Source: Desulfosudaceae bacterium
Lineage (GTDB): Bacteria > Desulfobacterota > Desulfobacteria > Desulfobacterales > Desulfosudaceae
NCBI GenBank assembly: GCA_963674745.2
Contig: CAXXDV010000002.1
Location: 67,628-131,627 of the forward strand
Reading direction: 5' to 3'
DNA: 64,000 nt
In this document: positions 54,381 to 63,925 of the stretch, in pieces
Layout: each line of letters starts with the position of its first letter
Position numbering within the stretch: the first letter of the stretch is position 1
Position numbers and translations under genes: made by a program
Notes under the pieces: model-generated
Told to the model about the DNA's origin: nothing
The model's database searches: none
The model's input: the letters and a program-made list of their open reading frames with translations, nothing else

Positions 54381-57300
54381 ATGATCAACACGTCTGACGC
54401 CGAAGGCATCGCCCTGGTTCATGTCATCATGGGCAGCGTTCCCGACGCGCGGTACGAGGTGAATGCTTCGGCCGAAGGTCTGGCCCCGGTTGATTTTACG
54501 TTTATAACCTTAACCGTGGGCGACTGCAACCCGGATACGCCACCGGGAAGCCATTTTTCCTCCGGTTTGACCCGGACCACCAATTCTTTCGGTCAAGTGA
54601 TTGAGGCCGGCATACCCGGTGCTGTTCTACCCGTGGAAGCCTTTATGCATTTGATCGTGGAAGTGCCCGAATATGAAGATGGTTCCGGGGATGATGATCC
54701 CGTGTGTATCGGCAGCAACTACGTGGTGGTAACCGATTTTGACACCGCCTCGATAACCGTAACCGGTCCAGGCGGTTCCGATGTGTTCGAGCAAAACGGC
54801 ACTGTTTTTGAAGGCGATTATCCCCTGGCAGCCGGCGTAAACACAATGACCGCGAACTTTACGGCGACATACGAGGGCAAAACCTATACCAAAATCATGA
54901 GCAAGACCGTGTACGGCGTCACCATGGGCTTTGTCGACGATCAGGGCGCGCCGGTCAGTATGGTTGAAATCCCGGTAAGCGAAGACAATCTGGCCCTTGC
55001 CGACACGGTCCTGAATGTTGCCGTGGAGCCGGCCGAATACACCCCGGGCAACGCTCGCGTGGTTGTCTATGAAGATGATGATCCTGTCGCCTATATCCCG
55101 ATAGGCCTCGTCAATGGCCGGGACACCGCAGAAATCGCCCGGGGCTCCGACTATGATGAAGACAAAACCTATACCGCCGGTATCCTGCTTAACAACGGCA
55201 GTGACGAGCCCCTGGAGATGGAAACCCCGAAATCCGAACGCCTGGAACTGATACCGGTTTGTGCAGATATTGATGCCGATCTTTACCGTACTGGCGTATT
55301 TAACCAAGATGATCCTGACGAACATACTATCGGCCTTATAATTCAAGTTAATAACGATGATGATGACGAAAATGGTATTAGTGATATTGAAGACTATGTC
55401 GGTAATACTGATGGCGCGGGAAACCTGATAACATTTAATACAGACAAGGAAAATGATTTAACTGAAGTGAAGCTTGCAGCCAGATTATTAAATAGCAAGA
55501 TAACGCTGGAAGCATCTACTAGTAATTCCGCGCAGATCAAGGTGTGGGATTCTAAAGAAAAAGACATGCTTCTTGTTGATTTAACCGATACTGATACCGA
55601 TAATGATGTTTATGAGTGGCCCGTTTCTGATGCTTTAAGACGGAGCGTATATGTTGAAGGTCTGGCCACCAGCGGAGAATATGCTGATATAGATCTTACC
55701 CTCAAGGCCAAAAATGAAGCCGGCGATACCGTTGCCTCGGATTTACTCAAGGTGACGGTGATTGACCTTGGCCTTATACCCGATTACAACAGGGACGGAA
55801 ATATTTCTGAAGCCGATCGAAACAAAGTCAAGTCTTCGAGTAAATGGCTGTTCTGGGTAAACGATGATGAAGATGATAATGCCGATGCTGAGACCGGCGA
55901 GAGCGACGAAAGTTGGTACACCACCACTCCTTATGACCTGCCGGGCCAGAATGAGGACAATTCTGACAACAAGGTCAATGGCGTCCGTGATCTGGTGGAT
56001 TTCTTCCCGGTGTGTCTGGACCTGGGAAAGATATCGGCCCTGTTGCCGGCGGACCAGTTTGAGTTCCGGCTGTCCCAGCAGGACAAGGCCCTTAATCTGG
56101 TTATGGCGGCCTCGGGCGGGGCGGCTGCCTGGCTGAAGTTTGATGCCACAAATGCGGCGGAAAGATCCGGGGCTTATCTTATTGACCAGGACAAGGCCCT
56201 GCAATTTCACACCCAGCCGGTAACAACCATACCCGGCAAGACCGAAAGCGACGGATATATATTGAGCCAAGATGATCTTGCGGCTATCGCAAGCGGGAAT
56301 AATGTTCTTTTGTTTGAAGGAATAACAAAAACCGAACAGCCCTTGGTGCTTGAGATCGTTAAAAAGAGTAACGGCCGGACATTAATGTCCTGTGACATGC
56401 CGCTTCAGATCGTGGAAGCAGAAGAGATGTACCGGCACAAAAATTTTCGGGGGGAAGTCGGCGGAACGGGTGAGGAAACTGTGGGCGATCGGGACTCGGC
56501 CCTGGAGACTCAATCCGACCTGTCCGTGAACAAGGATTTTGTGCTTCTCCACGGCTATAACACCAATGAAAAACAGGCCCAGGCCTGGCATGCGGAGATG
56601 TTCAAACGGCTGTTCTGGTCCGGCAACCAGGCCCGGTTTCATGCCGTGACATGGTATGGAGACGATGGCCGGGTCTATAATAAATGCCCGAATTATCACG
56701 ACAATGTCGCCCATGCGTTCCAGACCGCGCCATTATTGGAGGCTTACCTTGACAACCTTACGGGAGGCCAGGTCGTTCTTGCGGCCCACAGCCTGGGCAA
56801 CATGGTGGCCTGCGAGGCGGTCATGCAAAACCCGGATAATGTGGAAAGATACTTCATGCTTAATGCCGCCGTGGCCTCAGAAGCCATTGACGCGACCCAG
56901 TTTGAAGGGAACATGCTTCATTCGGACTGGGTGGAAGAATATGATATGATAGACGCGAGTGACCCAGATGGGATTTCTCAGATTTATGCGGCCAACTGGT
57001 ATAAGCTGTTTGCCAATGACGCCGGCGATTTGAGAAAAGACCTTACTTGGCGGGGCCGATTCGCTTCCATCGCCCCCAAGATTATTAATGTTTACTCCAG
57101 CGGGGATCAGGTGTTTGAATCCCACCCAAAAGATGACTCACCCGATCCTGGCGAAGCTGGATCGAATGTATTCACCGGCCGTCGTTCCTGGGTTTTTCAG
57201 GAGAAACTCAAGGGCCACGGGCTTACACCCGGAGGCACCGAGTATACGTTCAGCTACAATGCGGGCTGGAGCATTAATTGTTGCATACCTAACCCATCAC

Positions 57301-57797
57301 AACCCCACACTGTTAGAAGTTGGGTCAAGTTCGAAATGCCAATGTATAGAAGGTATATCCGCCAAGAGGTTCTGGACGAGATCATCAACACGGATGTGTC
57401 CGTGCTCAAGACAAAACCCTTCTTCGGCCGCAGCTGGATATTTTTACAAGAGCCCTTCGGGACCATTTTTACCGAAGGCGTTGGCGCCGCCAATGCGTTT
57501 TTATCCCAAGAGGATAACGGCGCCACCAACATCCACCGTATTATCTCGGGCGCCATCCCGGCCATGTCATTGGCGGTTGGGAGGGTTAATCTCGGTATGG
57601 TAAACGGGATTGACATCGAAAATATAAATATGAACGAAAGTGGTGGGCTCACCCCGCTTAAACCAGACTTCTGGCCTATTCGAGGGGAGGAGCAGTGGGA
57701 AGGGACTAATTGGTACCATAGCGATATAAAAAATATGTCATATCTTTATACAAACAGAGTCTTTAAATACCTGGTGGATCAAGGAGGGCTTAAATAA
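54381..57797 (+). CDS. Large acidic protein with C-terminal alpha/beta-hydrolase domain (putative lipase-type effector), probably 5'-truncated
   Basis: LLHGYN, AAHSLGN nucleophile elbow, WYHSD; Asp-rich Ca-binding-like motifs (NNDDDDENG, DYNRDGNI). No signal peptide or clear RBS. Confidence 0.75.
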   Translation: MINTSDAEGIALVHVIMGSVPDARYEVNASAEGLAPVDFTFITLTVGDCNPDTPPGSHFSSGLTRTTNSFGQVIEAGIPGAVLPVEAFMHLIVEVPEYEDGSGDDDPVCIGSNYVVVTDFDTASITVTGPGGSDVFEQNGTVFEGDYPLAAGVNTMTANFTATYEGKTYTKIMSKTVYGVTMGFVDDQGAPVSMVEIPVSEDNLALADTVLNVAVEPAEYTPGNARVVVYEDDDPVAYIPIGLVNGRDTAEIARGSDYDEDKTYTAGILLNNGSDEPLEMETPKSERLELIPVCADIDADLYRTGVFNQDDPDEHTIGLIIQVNNDDDDENGISDIEDYVGNTDGAGNLITFNTDKENDLTEVKLAARLLNSKITLEASTSNSAQIKVWDSKEKDMLLVDLTDTDTDNDVYEWPVSDALRRSVYVEGLATSGEYADIDLTLKAKNEAGDTVASDLLKVTVIDLGLIPDYNRDGNISEADRNKVKSSSKWLFWVNDDEDDNADAETGESDESWYTTTPYDLPGQNEDNSDNKVNGVRDLVDFFPVCLDLGKISALLPADQFEFRLSQQDKALNLVMAASGGAAAWLKFDATNAAERSGAYLIDQDKALQFHTQPVTTIPGKTESDGYILSQDDLAAIASGNNVLLFEGITKTEQPLVLEIVKKSNGRTLMSCDMPLQIVEAEEMYRHKNFRGEVGGTGEETVGDRDSALETQSDLSVNKDFVLLHGYNTNEKQAQAWHAEMFKRLFWSGNQARFHAVTWYGDDGRVYNKCPNYHDNVAHAFQTAPLLEAYLDNLTGGQVVLAAHSLGNMVACEAVMQNPDNVERYFMLNAAVASEAIDATQFEGNMLHSDWVEEYDMIDASDPDGISQIYAANWYKLFANDAGDLRKDLTWRGRFASIAPKIINVYSSGDQVFESHPKDDSPDPGEAGSNVFTGRRSWVFQEKLKGHGLTPGGTEYTFSYNAGWSINCCIPNPSQPHTVRSWVKFEMPMYRRYIRQEVLDEIINTDVSVLKTKPFFGRSWIFLQEPFGTIFTEGVGAANAFLSQEDNGATNIHRIISGAIPAMSLAVGRVNLGMVNGIDIENINMNESGGLTPLKPDFWPIRGEEQWEGTNWYHSDIKNMSYLYTNRVFKYLVDQGGLK

Positions 57798-58771
57798 TGA
57801 AAAAAGCTTTTGGGGTAATTCTTACAATGATTGTTTTAAGTTTGCATGCAGTTTTTGCTCATAGCTCCGTTGTCGCGAAAGTCAATCTGATATTAACCGT
57901 TGTTGATGACAAAGGGGCGCCTGTAGGCGATGCTAAGGTAAGCGGAAGTGGCTGGATACCTGGTAAATATGGGGCAGCGGTGTTTAATGACGTTACCGAT
58001 AAAAATGGTGAATATAAAGTCAGCTTTAATTCGGCTGTGGATTATGGTTTTCACGTTGTTAAGGACGGATATTATAGATCTTATATGTTTTATTACCTGT
58101 CTGATGGAACAGGGCCAAAGATCGCAGATGGTTACTGGCAGCCCAACCCGATGAAAAAGACTGTTGTTTTAAAACCCATCAAGAACCCGGTGCCAATGTA
58201 TGTCAAAGGAGTGAAGGAAAAGGCTCCTGTTTATGGGCAACCAGTGGGCTATGACCTGATGGCAGGTGACTGGGTGGCGCCTTATGGTAAGGGATCGGTA
58301 CAGGATTTTATATTTAATGTGACCGGAGAAAAAAATGAGAGTGGTTTTAATGCCAACACAAAAATGGTAATCAGTTTTTCTAATGAAAAGGACGGCATTC
58401 AATTCTTTAAAAGTTCGCCGTTGCATAATGAAGAACCTTTAGGAAGCAAATTCTGGTCGGCCTATGAAGCTCCTTTGGATGGATATGAACCTGTGTACGA
58501 ATATGAAAGAATTATCGCTAAAGGTGTTACCCGCAAGGATTTAAATTTTTATTATCGGGTGCGCACCCAGGTTGACGAAAATGGACAAGTTGAAAAAGCG
58601 ATGTATGGAAAAATATACAAGGATTTTTATTGCTATTACGATCATTTCAACAACGAGATCAAGGTCTGTTTTTGGTATTATCTGAACCCCGATTGGACCC
58701 GAAATGTGGAATTTAGTTCCGGGCAAAATCTATTCCCTGAAGGGAATAACGGATATTTGTCTAATCCATGA
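57797..58771 (+). CDS. Exported protein, putative immunity protein 1
   Basis: TAATG coupling to the upstream gene; signal peptide; VVDDKGAPV...TDKNGEY carboxypeptidase-regulatory-like N-domain; low GC. Confidence 0.75.
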   Translation: MKKAFGVILTMIVLSLHAVFAHSSVVAKVNLILTVVDDKGAPVGDAKVSGSGWIPGKYGAAVFNDVTDKNGEYKVSFNSAVDYGFHVVKDGYYRSYMFYYLSDGTGPKIADGYWQPNPMKKTVVLKPIKNPVPMYVKGVKEKAPVYGQPVGYDLMAGDWVAPYGKGSVQDFIFNVTGEKNESGFNANTKMVISFSNEKDGIQFFKSSPLHNEEPLGSKFWSAYEAPLDGYEPVYEYERIIAKGVTRKDLNFYYRVRTQVDENGQVEKAMYGKIYKDFYCYYDHFNNEIKVCFWYYLNPDWTRNVEFSSGQNLFPEGNNGYLSNP

Positions 58772-58893
58772 GTTTAACGAGAACATATATTAAAATCCCG
58801 GAACCAAATAATGACTGCCCGGAATTTAATGCGCTTCCTTTTGATTGCCGGTAATGTCTTTAAATACCTGGTGGATCAAGGAGGGCTTAAATA

Positions 58894-59886
58894 ATGAAAA
58901 ATGTTCTGGGGGTATTTTTGACGGCCATAATCCTAAATTTTTATGCAGGAAATGCATATAGTTCTGTTGTGGCGAAAGCCAATTTGATTTTAACCGTAGT
59001 CGATGATGAAGGTTTATCTGTTGGTAATGCGTTAGTCCGGGGTAGTGGCTGGATACCCGGGGACAAAAGTGATGTTTTTAAAGTCACTACTGATGAAAAG
59101 GGCCAGGTGGAAATTAAGTTTAAAGCAGCGGTGGATTATGGATTCGACATTGTTAAAGAGGGTTATTATAGATCTTTTATGCATTATTACCTTTCAGATG
59201 GAACAGGGCCAAAGATCGAGGATGGTTACTGGCAGCCCAACCCGATTAAGCTGACTGTGGTTTTAAAACCCGTCAAGAACCCGGTGCCGATGTATGTTAA
59301 GTCTGTGGAAGAAAAGGCTCCTGTTTATGGGGAACCCGTGGGCTATGATCTGGTGGCAGGTGACTGGGTGGCGCCTTATGGTAAGGGTTCAGTCCAGGAT
59401 TTTATATTTAATGTAACTGGAGAAAAAAATGAGAATGGTTTTAATGGCAACACAAGAATGATAATCAGTTTTTCAAATGGAAAAGACGGTATTCAATCCT
59501 TTAAAAGTCCGCCGTTGCGTAATGGTGAACCTTTAGGCAGCAAATTCTGGTCGGCCTATGAAGCGCCTTTGGATGGATACGAATCTGTTTACGAATATAA
59601 AAAAATCTACTCTAAAGATGTTAAGGAAAGGAAAAACACCCTTCCCCGCGATGAGTTAAATTTTTACTATCGGGTACGCACCCAGGTTGACGAAAACGGC
59701 CAAGTTCAAAAAGCTTTGTATGGCAAGATCTACAGGGATTTTTATTGTTACTATGATCATTTCGATAATGCAATCAAAGTCTGCTTCTGGTATTATCTGA
59801 ACCCCGACTGGACCCGGAACATGGAGTTTAGTTCCAGTCAAAATATTTTCCATAAAGGGATAAAAAAGTCATGGTCCTACCCATAG
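58894..59886 (+). CDS. Exported protein, putative immunity protein 2 (paralog of 57797-58771)
   Basis: Long identical stretches with copy 1 (GDWVAPYGKGSVQDFIFNVTGEKNE; KVCFWYYLNPDWTRN). Confidence 0.78.
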   Translation: MKNVLGVFLTAIILNFYAGNAYSSVVAKANLILTVVDDEGLSVGNALVRGSGWIPGDKSDVFKVTTDEKGQVEIKFKAAVDYGFDIVKEGYYRSFMHYYLSDGTGPKIEDGYWQPNPIKLTVVLKPVKNPVPMYVKSVEEKAPVYGEPVGYDLVAGDWVAPYGKGSVQDFIFNVTGEKNENGFNGNTRMIISFSNGKDGIQSFKSPPLRNGEPLGSKFWSAYEAPLDGYESVYEYKKIYSKDVKERKNTLPRDELNFYYRVRTQVDENGQVQKALYGKIYRDFYCYYDHFDNAIKVCFWYYLNPDWTRNMEFSSSQNIFHKGIKKSWSYP

Positions 59887-59932
59887 CTTTAATGTGAACG
59901 TTTAATAATGAAGCAAACAAAGAACCAAATTT

Positions 59933-62749
59933 GTGGAAATCAGCAATGCCATCTGGCAGCAGACCGAACAGAGCGTCTATGCCATTGATAATAATAATGC
60001 CCCCACGGTTGTCAGCACCCAGCGCACCCAGGTGACCGGCCTGGAGGACGAGGGGATAGTTGCCAGAACCGAATCCATAGACATCCACGGCAACAAAACC
60101 GTTTCCACGACAACCATAGACCGTACCAATAAAAATCAGACCCAAACCATCGATTACCCGGATTCTGATACAAATGCAGAATCGGTAAATGTCAACGGCC
60201 TGCTGGTGTCATCGATCAGCAAAACCGGCCTGACCTATACTTATGAATATGACGGCCTGGGCCGAAGGACCGGGGTCAAAGATCCTCGGACCGGCATCGT
60301 TATTACCCATTATAATGCCAATCACCGGGTGGATTATGTGCAGGATGCCGCCGGTCATAAGACCAGTTTTTCATATGATCTGACCACCGGTCAAAAAACA
60401 TCAGAAACCAACGCCGACAACAAAACAACCTACTATGCCTACAATGACCGTGGCCAGGTCAACCAGACCTGGGGCGATGCCGTCTATCCCGTCCGATACG
60501 GGTACGACGACTATGGCCGCATGAACGAAATGCACACCTATCGCACAGGCACGGCCTGGAGTAGTGATACCTGGCCGACAGGAGAAGACGCCGACGTCAC
60601 CACCTGGACCTATGACCCGTCCACCGGCTTACTGTCCGCCAAAACCGACGATCAAAACAATACCGTTACCTACACCTATGACGAAGCCGTTCGACTGGAG
60701 ACCCGCACCTGGGCCCGTAAGGACGCTAACAGCGATCCCATCGTCACCACCTATGTGTATGATGATAACACCGGGGAGCTGGTTGGTATCAATTATTCAT
60801 CCGAGGATACGCAGGACATCGGTTTTGTATATGACCGCCTGGGTCGCCAGAAAACCGTCACCGATGCCGCCGGCACCCGTAATTTTGGTTATAATGACAA
60901 TCTCCAGCTTGAAACAGAGACCATCACCGGCCTTTACGGTGAAGACAAGGTCATTACAAGAACTTATGCCGATACCGGGCTGATCGGCCGCAACGCCGGC
61001 TTTACCCTGGAGAATGATTACACCATGACCTACGGGTTTGACGGCAAGGGTAGGTTTGCCACGGCCGGCTGGAGCATCAGCGGGCAGAGCGATACCGCCA
61101 CCTACACCTATGCAACAAATTCTGATCTGTTGGCGGGTTATTCCACCATCAGCGGCCAGATCGTCTCCTACACCTATGAAGACAACCGCAACCTGAAAAC
61201 ATCGGTTGAAAACGCCTTTAATACCGCCGTAGTCTCCAACTATACCTACCAGTACGACAGCCTCGGCCGCCGGAAAAACGTGGTCAATACCGGCCAGGCA
61301 TTTGCGCAGGATGCCTTTAATGTGTATAACTATAATCCCAGAAGCGAGCTGACCGGCTCCGACCGGTACCTGGGCACGGACGTGACCGATCTGTCCACCC
61401 CGGTCGAACCCGACAAACGGCTCTATGCTTACGATCCCATCGGCAACCGGCAGACCGCCACCGAGGGAACTGATCCTGAAATAAGTTATACCGCCAACAG
61501 CCTTAATCAGTATGAAACAGTAGGCGGCAGTTCTTTGACATACGACAAGGACGGCAATCTGAAGGATATACCGGCAGCCGTCATTCCCGCGCAGGCGGGA
61601 ATCCAGTCTGCATCCGGCTGGAACCTCACCTGGAACGCCGAAAACCGCCTTGTCTCGGTTGCTCCACAGACGCCTGCCTCAGGTGACACCAAAGTCGAAT
61701 TTTTATACGATTACAGGGGCAGGCGGGTCAGTAAATCCGTGTCCGAATTTAACGGCACCGACTGGACTCAAACTTCAACCACACTCTACGTATACGACGG
61801 CTGGAATTTAATCCAGGAACTCGACGGAACAGGCGCTGTCCAGAAGTCCTATGCCTGGGGTCTTGACCTGTCTCAGTCTATCCAAGGCGCAGGCGGAGTA
61901 GGGGGCCTTCTTGCCATGACCGACGGCACAGACACTTACCTCTACTGCTACGACGCCAACGGCAATGTCGGTCAGATGGTGGATGCTGATAATGGTTCTC
62001 TGGTAGCCAATTATCAGTACGATCCATTCGGAAAGACGATTTTTTCCAGCGGCGTCATGAAAGAAGCCAATCCGTTCCGATTCTCGACTAAGTATGCTGA
62101 TGCTGAGACGGGATTTTATTATTATGGCTACAGATACTACTCAAGCGAGTTGGGGAGGTGGTTGAGTAGGGATCCGCTGGGAGAAGAAGGTGGAGTAAAT
62201 TTATATCTATCTTGTACAAACAATTTAATATGTTTTATCGACCCATTTGGTTTAAAGATATATAATCTTGCGATCAAAGGTGCGCCTGGAAATATAATGG
62301 GACACAATCTTACCATCCATGTCGATGATGCTTCAGGTGATCCTACATATTATGAAGTCACAGGTCCAGATTCGAAAAATGCGCACGTGTATGAAAGAAC
62401 TTTAGATGAGTTTATTGAACATTACAAAGATAGGATACCTGAACTGCTATCTAAATGCTTTGATTTTTTAAATAACATTGATGGAAAATACGAAATTATT
62501 GAGGTTAAAGAAGTTGATGAACAAAAGGTTCTTAAATACTTAAATGATATGCATCAAAAATATAAAGAAGGTGCAGATGCTTATCCTTATCACTGGCAAT
62601 ACAATAATTGCGCTACTTTCTCATATAGAGCATATCATGCAGGAGGAAAGGATTATACACCTGAACTATTCAATGTTGGAGAATATCCGTGGTCATGGCC
62701 TCAAGATTTAAACCAAGCAATAGAATATCACAACAATAAATTACCGTAG
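59933..62749 (+). CDS. Rhs/YD-repeat protein (orphan-type, N-terminally truncated) with C-terminal toxin domain
   Basis: Many YD repeats; NPFRFSTKY...RYY...GRWLSRDP...DPFGL core end; low-GC tip with GH...NNCATF. Confidence 0.9.
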   Translation: MEISNAIWQQTEQSVYAIDNNNAPTVVSTQRTQVTGLEDEGIVARTESIDIHGNKTVSTTTIDRTNKNQTQTIDYPDSDTNAESVNVNGLLVSSISKTGLTYTYEYDGLGRRTGVKDPRTGIVITHYNANHRVDYVQDAAGHKTSFSYDLTTGQKTSETNADNKTTYYAYNDRGQVNQTWGDAVYPVRYGYDDYGRMNEMHTYRTGTAWSSDTWPTGEDADVTTWTYDPSTGLLSAKTDDQNNTVTYTYDEAVRLETRTWARKDANSDPIVTTYVYDDNTGELVGINYSSEDTQDIGFVYDRLGRQKTVTDAAGTRNFGYNDNLQLETETITGLYGEDKVITRTYADTGLIGRNAGFTLENDYTMTYGFDGKGRFATAGWSISGQSDTATYTYATNSDLLAGYSTISGQIVSYTYEDNRNLKTSVENAFNTAVVSNYTYQYDSLGRRKNVVNTGQAFAQDAFNVYNYNPRSELTGSDRYLGTDVTDLSTPVEPDKRLYAYDPIGNRQTATEGTDPEISYTANSLNQYETVGGSSLTYDKDGNLKDIPAAVIPAQAGIQSASGWNLTWNAENRLVSVAPQTPASGDTKVEFLYDYRGRRVSKSVSEFNGTDWTQTSTTLYVYDGWNLIQELDGTGAVQKSYAWGLDLSQSIQGAGGVGGLLAMTDGTDTYLYCYDANGNVGQMVDADNGSLVANYQYDPFGKTIFSSGVMKEANPFRFSTKYADAETGFYYYGYRYYSSELGRWLSRDPLGEEGGVNLYLSCTNNLICFIDPFGLKIYNLAIKGAPGNIMGHNLTIHVDDASGDPTYYEVTGPDSKNAHVYERTLDEFIEHYKDRIPELLSKCFDFLNNIDGKYEIIEVKEVDEQKVLKYLNDMHQKYKEGADAYPYHWQYNNCATFSYRAYHAGGKDYTPELFNVGEYPWSWPQDLNQAIEYHNNKLP
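61580..61606. repeat. Palindromic repeat inside the rhs coding frame
   Basis: gtcattcccgcgcaggcgggaatccag, read as VIPAQAGIQ. Confidence 0.85.
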
Positions 62750-62757
62750 ATTAAATT

Positions 62758-63123
62758 ATGCTAATTGATTTAAAGACATTTGCTTTTAGAAATTTAAAGA
62801 TTTATTTGTGCTATTTTTCACTATATTTATTTTTTAATTTTCTATTGGTATATTCAAGAAAATTTGAAGTTAAATTTAATGAATTGTTTTTGTATATTTT
62901 CCAACAAACAGGATGGAATGAAACTGTTTATTTTTGGATAATAATTGCAGTATTTACAAATTTTATCGTGATGTTACCATATAGTTTAAAACTCAACAAA
63001 AGTAAATTATTGTCTGCTATTTTATTTATTATTACTTGTGTTGTTTTGGGTAATGTCTGGTTTTGGGCTAGTGCTATTCCAGGTATGATTGTTTTCTTTA
63101 TTGCGGGTGGGACTCTAAAGTAG
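62758..63123 (+). CDS. Small membrane protein, putative Rhs immunity protein
   Basis: 8 bp after the rhs stop; very AT-rich; 3-4 hydrophobic segments. Confidence 0.7.
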   Translation: MLIDLKTFAFRNLKIYLCYFSLYLFFNFLLVYSRKFEVKFNELFLYIFQQTGWNETVYFWIIIAVFTNFIVMLPYSLKLNKSKLLSAILFIITCVVLGNVWFWASAIPGMIVFFIAGGTLK

Positions 63124-63250
63124 GTAAGGGAGAAGAAATGGGGACGGCTATTATTTTATGCGTTTCTTCGGTTTCTTTGTGTGTTAGTGGGTGACGGTTT
63201 TTTCTGGAACAGATAAGCGGAAGCGGATCAATTTTATTCCAGAAAAAACT

Positions 63251-63306
63251 CAAAAACCCTGGAATGTACAAGGTGGGAGGTCAATTTGTATATTCCAGGG
63301 TTTTTG
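63251..63306. repeat. Long hairpin (21-bp near-perfect stem)
   Basis: caaaaaccctggaatgtacaa ... ttgtatattccagggtttttg. Confidence 0.7.
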
Positions 63307-63431
63307 CCTTTTTGCGCCGCGCCCGCAAAAAGCGCACCCATTCTGCCGGCCGTCCTCGCCTTGTGCCGTGCGGGTAAGTGGGTTTTGATGTATGCCCTGC
63401 CTGTCACGGTCTGTGCAATTATCAATTTTAT

Positions 63432-63461
63432 CTGGATTACCCGATCAAGTCGGGTAATGAC
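63432..63461. repeat. 30-bp palindromic repeat (CTGGAT...ATGAC family)
   Basis: ctggattacccgatcaagtcgggtaatgac. Confidence 0.85.
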
Positions 63462-63895
63462 GAGGAAAGCACAGCCCTTGCCAGGCTCTGCCGTGGCTTT
63501 GAGTCCTGCCGTGCAAAATATCCGGCGCCGGCAGAAAAAGGTGCGCCCCACGCAGTCTATTTTATGCCCGCCCCCCGACCTCTCCCCGTGGCGTCGGCCT
63601 GTCACGGCCCTTGCAGCCTGTTGCCCTGTTCATGATCACCCCGGCCGTACACCCATAACCCCATTTCTTTTTTAATCGCCCGGTTGGGCAAGGCCCGCGC
63701 CATGCCGCCGCCCCGCCGGGCGGGCTCACCCCTCTGCCTCGGCTTTAATATCTTCCCCGGATTTTTGTTTTGTGCTGCGTGCTCAGGCTCCGCCCGCCAA
63801 ACAACCGGCGGGCTCCGCTCCTTCCGCTCGCAGCGGCAATTAAAAAAGAAAATCCTTCGCCCCTTTCTGGAATCTACACCGGCCTTCCGTTTTAT

Positions 63896-63925
63896 CTGGA
63901 TCCCCCGGTCAAGCCGGAGGATGAC
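63896..63925. repeat. 30-bp palindromic repeat (CTGGAT...ATGAC family)
   Basis: ctggatcccccggtcaagccggaggatgac. Confidence 0.85.

Noticed and set aside
63251..63306. Integron attC site
   Set aside because: No RYYYAAC/GTTRRRY ends and no integrase.
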